A stretch of DNA of 32,000 nt from Vulcanisaeta distributa DSM 14429 (GTDB lineage: Archaea; Thermoproteota; Thermoprotei; Thermoproteales; Thermocladiaceae): assembly GCF_000148385.1 (NCBI RefSeq), contig NC_014537.1, forward strand, positions 240,001 to 272,000. The letters are read 5' to 3'. The notes beneath the pieces were generated by a model. That model was not told where the DNA came from. It ran no database searches and worked only from the letters and a program-made list of their open reading frames with translations. Each line of letters begins with the position of its first letter. Within the stretch, counting starts at the first letter, position 1. Position numbers and translations under genes: made by a program. Shown piece after piece: positions 25,077 to 32,000 of this stretch.

Positions 25077-25871
25077 ATGGTTCTAAAGGGTGGTGAAAAG
25101 GGCTTCGGAACACCACTGAATGCGCCGTTGTACCCATCATCAACCGCGGTAACGAAGATTAGCTATAGTAAAGTTAGGGTTGTCCTGGTGCTTGCCAACG
25201 TTGACCCCAAGTCCGTAGATCCACTACTACCCGAGGGTGTTGACCTGGCCCTTGAGATGGCCGCCTTCTGGGTTGGTGATTACGGGATATCGACGGTTGG
25301 GGTCTACAGGGAGGCATTGATAGCGCTGCCCGTGAGGACCGAGGGCGTGGAACTTGCCTACTACATACCGTACATCTACGTAACCAACGACGCAGCCATG
25401 GCGGCGGGTAGGGAGTTGGCGGGCGCGCCTAAGAAGCTTGGTGACATTAGGCTTACGATTAATGATTACGGTTTGGTTATAGGTACGTTAGATAGGGGCG
25501 GTGAATTAATGAGGGTTGAGGTTGCAATAAGTGGTAGGTTAGGCCTTGAACAATTGGATGCCTTCAGGGCGCTAATGCCTAGGACGGATAACACGGTCAC
25601 GCTACCCCTACTCTCAGTAAGGACATTACCGCCACTACCTGATGGCACGCCCGGCATCGCCCAATTAATACAGTGGTACGCAAGGTTTACCTTCACGCCG
25701 AGGGAGAGCCCACAGATATGGAGTGGTGAAGCCAGGGTTAAACTGGGCGGCACTCCCTTTGACCCACTCGATGATATTAAGGTGACTGGAGTAGTCGCTG
25801 GCTTCTACATTGAGGGCGACATGGAATTGGGCATAACCAGAAAGGTTAAGGAATGGAAATTAACCTGGTGA
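25077..25871 (+). CDS. acetoacetate decarboxylase (ADC) family protein
   Basis: YREALIALPV...YVTNDAAMAAGRELAGAPKKLG matches the ADC-family GRExxGxPKK catalytic-lysine block. ~264 aa. Confidence 0.7.
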   Translation: MVLKGGEKGFGTPLNAPLYPSSTAVTKISYSKVRVVLVLANVDPKSVDPLLPEGVDLALEMAAFWVGDYGISTVGVYREALIALPVRTEGVELAYYIPYIYVTNDAAMAAGRELAGAPKKLGDIRLTINDYGLVIGTLDRGGELMRVEVAISGRLGLEQLDAFRALMPRTDNTVTLPLLSVRTLPPLPDGTPGIAQLIQWYARFTFTPRESPQIWSGEARVKLGGTPFDPLDDIKVTGVVAGFYIEGDMELGITRKVKEWKLTW

Positions 25872-25875
25872 TAAA

Positions 25876-25918
25876 TATATAGCATATAGATTTATTAGCA
25901 TATATTATATAGCATATA
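25876..25918. repeat. 13-nt perfect direct repeat TATATAGCATATA x2 with a partial third copy
   Basis: Full copies at 25876-25888 and 25906-25918, and AGCATATA at 25897-25904. They lie immediately upstream of the TATA box of paralog A. Confidence 0.7.
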
Positions 25919-25930
25919 AACTATAAAAGC

Positions 25931-25937
25931 TTTTAAA
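25931..25937 (+). promoter_or_regulatory. TATA box (AAGCTTTTAAA context) for paralog A
   Basis: TTTTAAA lies ~32 nt upstream of ATG 25966. Confidence 0.5.
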
Positions 25938-25965
25938 TATTTTCCAAATAAATAATGGTAAGACC

Positions 25966-26496
25966 ATGCAGATAAAAAGTATCTTAACATTTATTCTTGG
26001 GATTATGTTAATGGCACTACTTATATACGCAACCCTGTCAGCACACTTGGGCAATGCGCATAGAACGACACAAAAAGATTCAGCGCTTAAAGGCGACCCA
26101 ATAATATACATATACTCACCCGTGGTTAAGGCCTCAGGTTTTATATCGTTCACCGCAGGTAATTATGATGGTATACCCGTCGTTGTTTACAAGGCTGGAA
26201 GCCTTTACATGCCCTCTGGGCAGGTCATGATAGGCATAAGCCCCAGTTACAACATAACACTTACCATGAGCTCCGCTGAAATAAGTGACGTTACGATATA
26301 CGCGGCCAACATAACCGCAACGGCCTACGTAATAATACCAATTACCATAACAATAACTCCGCAGAACGTCTACCTATTATCAATCCTCTCAACAATAGCC
26401 TCAGAATTACTACCGCTCTATAATGTGAAGATCTACGCGTATTACATAAACTCGACGTCCATCTCGTACTCCTCAATTAAGGTATACACTGGGTGA
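25966..26496 (+). CDS. small secreted/membrane-anchored Ser/Thr/Tyr/Ile-rich protein, paralog A
   Basis: N-terminal hydrophobic signal MQIKSILTFILGIMLMALLIYATLSA, NxT/S sequons, and three blocks shared with the next gene. TTTTAAA lies ~32 nt upstream. Confidence 0.65.
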   Translation: MQIKSILTFILGIMLMALLIYATLSAHLGNAHRTTQKDSALKGDPIIYIYSPVVKASGFISFTAGNYDGIPVVVYKAGSLYMPSGQVMIGISPSYNITLTMSSAEISDVTIYAANITATAYVIIPITITITPQNVYLLSILSTIASELLPLYNVKIYAYYINSTSISYSSIKVYTG

Positions 26497-26593
26497 GTGT
26501 GGAATATTTGACAAAGAATAAATCATATTAGAATGTTATTTTACAAATATTAAATTTATAATGAGGAATATATACCATATTTATGGAATAAAC

Positions 26594-26600
26594 TTTTAAA
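26594..26600 (+). promoter_or_regulatory. TATA box (AAACTTTTAAA context) for paralog B
   Basis: TTTTAAA lies ~27 nt upstream of ATG 26624. Confidence 0.5.
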
Positions 26601-26623
26601 CTTGATCAAAGTAAATAGCTCGT

Positions 26624-27229
26624 ATGAACTGGAAGCTAACGGTAATAGGCTTAGGGTTCGTAATAGCACTACTGGTGGCTGCCTCGGTATTTGGAATATC
26701 AACCGATGCCAGCATACCCGGCCCCATAAAGATTTACTACCCAACGGCATCGTTAAGCGGGATATTAATGTATGGCTGGGTATACTCAACATCTACGGCA
26801 CCCTATCAGTACGCCCCCGTAATAGCCCAGAGCATAAACTCAATAAGTGCGCCCCAGGGCCAGACCATTAGTAAGTCCGTGATAGTCTCACTGCCAAACC
26901 CACTCATGCCGAATTGCCCAACCTCAACTGTGAACATAACGGCATCATTAACCATGAACTCCGCAAGCCTGAGCAACATATTCCTATATGCCGTTAATAT
27001 AACGACCACGTCCGGCTCCCTCAACAACGTTGTACTAGTGTCCTCTGGGCTGCCATACGTCGTTAATCAAACAATTAGTAGCGCCACGATGAATGGGCTA
27101 ACGGTTTACGCGTACTACGTCAGTGTCGGCAGCCTGTCGTACAGCGGTTTAAGCGTTACGGTTACCCCAGCCCTTATTACATGTAGCTCCTCTGGCGTGA
27201 CAACAAGTAATGTGGTTTCTGGGTCATGA
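26624..27229 (+). CDS. small secreted/membrane-anchored Ser/Thr-rich protein, paralog B
   Basis: Signal MNWKLTVIGLGFVIALLVAASVFG. Blocks shared with paralog A:
- PIKIYYPTASLSG vs PIIYIYSPVVKASG;
- NITASLTMNSASLSNIFLYAVNITTT vs NITLTMSSAEISDVTIYAANITAT;
- VYAYYVSVGSLSYSGLSV vs IYAYYINSTSISYSSIKV. Confidence 0.7.
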   Translation: MNWKLTVIGLGFVIALLVAASVFGISTDASIPGPIKIYYPTASLSGILMYGWVYSTSTAPYQYAPVIAQSINSISAPQGQTISKSVIVSLPNPLMPNCPTSTVNITASLTMNSASLSNIFLYAVNITTTSGSLNNVVLVSSGLPYVVNQTISSATMNGLTVYAYYVSVGSLSYSGLSVTVTPALITCSSSGVTTSNVVSGS

Positions 27230-27318
27230 GTAATTAATTTGGTTTGGTATTATTCAAAATATTCTTTCTATTTTTATACCTAGTATATTTACCTAAAAAG
27301 GCTATATATAGATTAAGC

Positions 27319-27325
27319 TTTTAAG
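27319..27325 (+). promoter_or_regulatory. TATA box (AAGCTTTTAAG context) for the polytopic membrane protein gene
   Basis: TTTTAAG lies ~24 nt upstream of GTG 27346. Confidence 0.45.
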
Positions 27326-27345
27326 AGGAGTACCGATTAATTACT

Positions 27346-28116
27346 GTGGACTTCTTTACAAAGTTTGGCTATATATTAGTCAATATGTGGAGACACAAGG
27401 CACTTATTTTGCCAATACTCCTCGTGTTAAACGTACTTTCCTGGATTTATTTCTGGGTTAAGCCATCACTGCTTGGTTTTTCCATGATTATCCTAGCCCT
27501 GGCTCTCCTTCTTACGGTTGTATTCATAGGGGTCATTCCCGTTGCCATTATTGAGGAGAATAACTATAGGATTGATGTTGTTAGGAGGATGGGGCTTGAT
27601 TCATTCGTTTCACTTGTGGTGGTTTATGCTCTGTTCATTTACGTTAGCCTAATCCTCCTGGCGGTTATAAAACCGCCGCCACTCCTCATAGTGATGATGG
27701 TCCTCCTCTTCGCGCTGCCCCTGACGCCCTTCGTGGTGATTGCAGTGTTGGTGCCACCCCTCGTGGGTTACTTCATGAGGCAGAGATGGCGCTCGCTCAG
27801 GGGTAGAATACCCTTCTGGGGCATTTACCTGGGCTTACTATCGGCATTAATACTACTACTACTGCCCATAATGTACTTCAGGGTGCTCTTCGTGAGCGCA
27901 TCGCTGGTGAACTCCTTCATACTTGGTGGTGTGGTGACCATACTCTCCCTAATACCGTTATTCTACCCTAAGCCCATGGTCTGCAGGGTGCTGGGGCTTG
28001 CCATGATCTTCCTGGGCATATTGATGTGGTTAATAGTTGCCGGAGGCTTAACGTGGGGCTCTGTGCTCTCAATAATAAGTGGTGGGTATCTATATGACTG
28101 GAAGCCACAGGACTAG
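27346..28116 (+). CDS. polytopic integral membrane protein (about 7-8 TM), unknown function
   Basis: 256 aa, almost entirely hydrophobic segments separated by short R/K loops. GTG start ~24 nt downstream of AAGCTTTTAAG. Confidence 0.6.
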   Translation: MDFFTKFGYILVNMWRHKALILPILLVLNVLSWIYFWVKPSLLGFSMIILALALLLTVVFIGVIPVAIIEENNYRIDVVRRMGLDSFVSLVVVYALFIYVSLILLAVIKPPPLLIVMMVLLFALPLTPFVVIAVLVPPLVGYFMRQRWRSLRGRIPFWGIYLGLLSALILLLLPIMYFRVLFVSASLVNSFILGGVVTILSLIPLFYPKPMVCRVLGLAMIFLGILMWLIVAGGLTWGSVLSIISGGYLYDWKPQD

Positions 28117-28174
28117 TTATTAAACATATGCATGGTTTATATATAAATAAATTATTGCCAGTGTTTAAATAATA

Positions 28175-30284
28175 ATGATAAATAGCAATATTGTGTTAAT
28201 CAATAGGTATGGTTCAAAATTGACTATAATAATCACTGCGGCGGTTGCACTATCCCTGGCGTTACTTAGTCTCTTCATATATGGCGTTTATCAGGGCGAT
28301 ATATTGACTTCCTCGGTACCGCGGTGCCAAACCCTACCAGCCTATCAATTAAGTACTAAGACCCCCATTAAGCACGTGATCATAATATTCCTGGAGAACC
28401 ACAGCTTCGATAATTTCTTCGGTGTATACCCAACCAACGGTACCCTGGACAATTCATTAATTAATCAATTAACAATCCCCAACAACCTACTCACCATGGG
28501 CAAAATTCCCAATTACCTACGGCCTGTGCCCCGTGGGCATTTACCACACGGAAGATCCTAGTGAGGGGTATATACCGTACTACGCTGATTGGGATTATGG
28601 AAGAATGAATGGTTGGTTATGGGGCTCAGGCCCGCAATCCCTCTATTACTACACTGTTGATCAATTAGCGCCACTTTGGGACTTGGCTGAGGAGTACGGG
28701 CTCGCCGATAATTACTTCACGCCATACCTCTCAGAAAGTGCGCCAAACCACCTCTTCCTATACGTGGCATATGCGCCGGTCATAGACGACTACGGCCCAC
28801 CACCCTACATACCAGTCCGGGGAAGCATATTCGCGGAGCTATGTCAATATCACGTGAGTTGGGGTTACTACATAGATCCCAGGGAGCCTCCAAGCCTCCT
28901 CGATATTAAGTACTTCTACGGTATTAATAAGTACTCGACACATATACAGACCTGGAGTGACTTTATAAGTGAGGTAATTAATGGTTCATTACCGGCGGTT
29001 TCCTGGGTCATGCCAAACCCAATAAACGACATGGGCCCGCCAAACAACATATTATATGGGGAGGCCTGGCTCCTCTATATAATAGATACGGTTGAGGAAA
29101 GCCCAATATGGAACTCGACGGTTATCTTCATAACATGGGATGAATTTGGCGGTTACTACGATCATGTATCGCCACCGATAATAAATGACGAACCCTTGGG
29201 CATTAGGGTCCCGCTAATAGTCATATCACCCTACGCCAAGGAGGATTACGTATCCCACACCTTACTAACCCATGCGTCATTAATAGCCTTCATTGATTAT
29301 AACTGGGGGTTACCTGCCCTAAATGAGTATGTATTAAATAGCAACATACCTCTTGACTTCTTCTACTTTAACATGAGTAGGAAGCCGATAATATTTAATG
29401 AGTCACAGGGCTTTCCGTTGATAAGCAATGTGTACTCAATACTTAACGCATCCAACTATAGGGATTTATCGAACCTATTCCCATTAACACCGCAGATACC
29501 ACTTAATGAGCTTCCATACACAAGGTATGGCTTCAGCAACATAACACTTATGGAACTGGGTTCACGGGTATACGTGGGTAAAGACTTCATGTATATACCC
29601 GTAATTTACACGCCATTATTCCTATGGTTAATCATAGCCCTAATAATAGATTTAATGCTAATATCATTACTACCCATAGGTAAGGAGTTTCCTAAGTCAT
29701 TACCCACAATGATGTTGGGTATCGCTGGTGGTTCTGTGGTCACCGCATCAATTATTGGATTGATAACCTTGACAACGGGCTTTCTCAATTACCTGGGAAA
29801 TACTGGGGAGGCACCACCATTACTCATGGGTTACCTAATTGGTCTAATACTATTCTCAGTAATTGGCTCGTTAATTATGCGAACCAGGCATGGGCCCTAC
29901 GCATTAATTACTCTTTCAATAATAATTCCAATACTCCTATACGTACTCATCTACGCCCAGGCAATTCAATCGTATTTAATGAGTGATGAACCATTACTAT
30001 TTTATGGCCTACTATCCACGGCGCCAATAATGCTGATAGTGTTATTAATAGTCAGGCCATACGTGAGTGGTAATACGTGGACTAAGGGCTTCGGCTATAC
30101 AGTTTCGCTGGCCCCGCTTTCTTACGTAATAATACTTATTATTGCTTTCATGTACATAAGGCTTTATCAACCTGGTTTGTCAACACTATTATTACCAACG
30201 GAATTCGTGGGCCTCATATTGGTTATTACCTGGTTTTTAATGGTGATGAGAGGTCTCAGGCTGGGTGTTGGTCATGAGCTATGA
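28175..30284 (+). pseudogene. phosphoesterase-family (phospholipase C / acid phosphatase AcpA-like, PF04185-type) protein with C-terminal ~7-TM domain, reading frame broken once
   Basis: ORF 28175..28561 has an N-terminal TM anchor and HVIIIFLENHSFDNFFGVYP. ORF 28533..30284 continues with HTEDPSEGY...GRMNGW...FITWDEFGGYYDHVSPP...GIRVPLIVISPYAK. The frames overlap at 28473-28561. Removing one C from the CCCC run at 28529-28532 joins them (PVPVGIYHTEDP). Confidence 0.7.
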
Positions 30285-31665
30285 CGTAGCCATAATAGGT
30301 TCTGGGGTTGTCGGCTTGTTCATTGCGTATGAGCTTGCCCACTATAGGGTTAGGGTTTTAGTTATTGATAAGGAGGTTGAGCCTGGCTTTGGTGTTTCAA
30401 AGGGTCATGCAGGTGTTATTCACGTTGTTCAACCACCATTTAACTCATTAAGGAGTAAGTTGGCAGTTGAGGGCAATAGGCTGTATGATGGTATTGCAAG
30501 GAGACTTCATGTTAAGGTTAGGAGATTGAGCGCACTCCTGGTGGCTAAGAACCCAGGTCAATTAATTGCGCTACCCGCCGTGTGGTTAATCCTTAATCAC
30601 GTATATGGTAAGCAGGGCTTTAGGGTTAGGGTCCTCGGTCCGCGGGGTTTACGCAGGGTTGAACCCAACGTTAGCGGCTTAGGCGCGGTCGAGGTTGATG
30701 GTTATGGAGTTATAAACTCCTTCGAATTAATATCGCAATTATACAACTTTTGTAGGTTAAATGGTATTGACTTCGCCCTGAGCACAGAAGTTAGGGATGC
30801 CAAGGTTCTGGGTGATGAAGTTGTCCTAGTTACGAGTAGGGGTGAGTACAGGGCTAAGTACGTGGTTAATTCCGCAGGGCTTTACTCTACGGATATTGCG
30901 AGACTATTTGGCGACGAGTATAGGCTTGAGTTTGGTAAGGGCGCCATGCTAGTATTCTGGGGAGAGCAGGTGAGGAACATTGTGGCGCCACTACAATTAA
31001 TACCGAACCCAAAGACTAAGGGCGGCGCCATCATACCCACCGTGTTCGGCACAACGATATGGGGACCAAGCCTATCAATGGGCGATAGAGGCGATAGGTC
31101 AGTCAACGAGGACGACGTTAATGTGCTGAGGGAGAAATTCGGCAGGTTATTAAGGAATAAGGATTTCACACCAATAAAGGCCTATGCAGGTGTTAGGCCA
31201 ATACCTGAGGGTGATGATTTCATAATAACGTATAGTGGGTCGAGTAGGCATGTAATTCATTTAATAGGTATTGAGTCGCCTGGATTAACGTCAGCACCGG
31301 CAATAGCCAGGAGGGTTGTGGAGATGCTCAGGGAGGCAGGTGCGATGCTCACGCCCAAGGATGGTGTTAAGGAGGTCGATCCAATGGTAATGACTAGGGA
31401 TATTATTAAGGACGGTGGATTAATAAGTGGCGATCAAGGGGAGGTCGTATGCCCATGCATGGGGGTTACTAGGGCAGATATTCGTGAGGCGATTAGGCGT
31501 GGTGCTAGGACGCTTGATGGTGTAATCTTTAGGACTGGGCTTGGCATGGGTATTTGCCAGGGAATGTGCCTCGGTAGAGCGATTAAAGTTATTTCTGAGG
31601 AGCTTGGTGTAGATCCGAGGGAGTTGACAAAGTCAGGTGGTGGTTCATGGCTGGTTACACAATAG
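30265..31665 (+). CDS. FAD-dependent oxidoreductase, GlpA-like (glycerol-3-phosphate dehydrogenase family) with C-terminal BFD-like [2Fe-2S] domain
   Basis: YDVAIIGSGVVG dinucleotide motif and C-terminal CPCMGVTRADIREAIRRGARTLDGV...GMGICQGMC. The likely start, ATG 30274, overlaps the phosphoesterase stop by 11 nt (ATGAGCTATGA). Confidence 0.8.
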   Translation: MLVMSYDVAIIGSGVVGLFIAYELAHYRVRVLVIDKEVEPGFGVSKGHAGVIHVVQPPFNSLRSKLAVEGNRLYDGIARRLHVKVRRLSALLVAKNPGQLIALPAVWLILNHVYGKQGFRVRVLGPRGLRRVEPNVSGLGAVEVDGYGVINSFELISQLYNFCRLNGIDFALSTEVRDAKVLGDEVVLVTSRGEYRAKYVVNSAGLYSTDIARLFGDEYRLEFGKGAMLVFWGEQVRNIVAPLQLIPNPKTKGGAIIPTVFGTTIWGPSLSMGDRGDRSVNEDDVNVLREKFGRLLRNKDFTPIKAYAGVRPIPEGDDFIITYSGSSRHVIHLIGIESPGLTSAPAIARRVVEMLREAGAMLTPKDGVKEVDPMVMTRDIIKDGGLISGDQGEVVCPCMGVTRADIREAIRRGARTLDGVIFRTGLGMGICQGMCLGRAIKVISEELGVDPRELTKSGGGSWLVTQ

Positions 31666-32000
31666 TTGGTGCTGGGTTAGCCGGTCTATCACTGGCTCTT
31701 GAGTTACGTAGATTGGGAGTTGAAGCTGAGATCATTGAGTATAGGGACTATATCGGTGGTATTCATTCGATAATGCCTGAAACTAAAGGTTTCATTAATG
31801 ATGCATTAAAGAACGTTAGTGCTCGGTTAAATACGACAGCGGTTAGGGTTGGTGACGCGACATACATAATTTGGAGGGGAGGTTATAGGAAGCTTGCCGG
31901 TAATGTCGTTGTAGCCACGGGGTTCAGGGTAATGACATTACCTGAGTTGGGTATCTATGGTGAGAGGCCTGCAGGGATTTATCCGCACCATGCAGTATTA
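31647..32000 (+). CDS. FAD/NAD(P)-binding oxidoreductase (partial, continues beyond window)
   Basis: Own translation: MAGYTIVGAGLAGLSLALELRRLGVEAEIIEYRDYIGG...VVVATGFR..., open to the window end. The ATG overlaps the upstream gene by 19 nt. Not in the ORF track because no stop is reached. Confidence 0.7.
   Translation, partial: MAGYTIVGAGLAGLSLALELRRLGVEAEIIEYRDYIGGIHSIMPETKGFINDALKNVSARLNTTAVRVGDATYIIWRGGYRKLAGNVVVATGFRVMTLPELGIYGERPAGIYPHHAVL

Noticed and set aside
22995-25918. CRISPR array
   Set aside because: The only repeats are 8-14-nt tandem or closely spaced AT-rich motifs in promoters. There are no 24-37-nt repeats with regular unique spacers anywhere in the window, and no cas genes.
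25905-27027. ORFs 25905..26153 (-), 26556..26792 (-), 26602..26871 (+) and 26806..27027 (-) overlapping the paralog genes
   Set aside because: They overlap the two paralogous secreted-protein ORFs. Those two ORFs support each other through shared motifs, signal peptides and correctly spaced TATA boxes. The alternatives have none of these.
1084-31169. Numerous 60-135-aa ORFs antisense to, or out of frame with, strongly supported genes (for example 1084..1272, 2474..2761, 4648..4944, 6856..7170, 11610..12011, 16777..17091, 17539..17790, 24203..24490, 25466..25753, 30882..31169)
   Set aside because: Each lies entirely inside a longer ORF that carries clear family motifs. Their translations are S/L/P/T-rich, as expected for antisense reading of AGG/GAG-rich coding DNA. 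They have no independent promoter or motif evidence.

Overview
The window looks like a chromosomal segment of a hyperthermophilic crenarchaeon of the Thermoproteales type (Vulcanisaeta/Caldivirga-like). I infer this from four things: a PaREP1-family gene; AGG/AGA Arg and ATA Ile codon preference; canonical TTTAAA-type TATA boxes about 25-32 nt upstream of many start codons, which implies leaderless mRNAs; and an archaeal DUF35-thiolase pair. I support 34 protein-coding loci. I could not support any rRNA, complete tRNA, CRISPR array, transposase or integrase.

Layout:
- 1-3.7 kb: sufB tail, sufD, methyltransferase, AbrB-PhoU regulator, THEP1-like NTPase.
- 3.7-5.4 kb: a frameshifted archaeal ATPase gene bracketed by the two longest AT-rich spacers in the window.
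- 5.4-10.7 kb: metallophosphoesterase, IMPase/FBPase, two small Zn-binding proteins, a secreted glycoprotein-like gene and a PaREP1 gene (each interrupted by one in-frame TAG), a hypothetical gene and a methyltransferase.
- 10.7-25.9 kb: a dense acyl-CoA/lipid catabolic island. It holds an acyl-CoA synthetase, a decayed MBL hydrolase, an amidohydrolase, a crotonase-DUF35-thiolase operon divergent from a HADH-ECH fusion, two SCP2 proteins, a 2-hydroxyacid DH plus ThDP enzyme, a Zn-ADH, an ACAD and an ADC-like protein.
- 25.9-32 kb: an AT-richer membrane/surface cluster. It holds two tandem paralogous small secreted proteins, a polytopic membrane protein, and a frameshifted phosphoesterase fused to a 7-TM domain. 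The phosphoesterase overlaps a GlpA-like FAD/BFD oxidoreductase, which is followed by a second FAD oxidoreductase.

Most interesting observations:
- the uncharacterised paralog-pair surface locus, a possible filament or thread-like system;
- the possible branched/isoprenoid-lipid catabolic logic linking the two clusters;
- five disrupted genes in 32 kb, two of them by single amber codons;
- several strong palindromic or repeat operator candidates in promoter regions.

All homology calls are motif recognition by eye. No database search was run.
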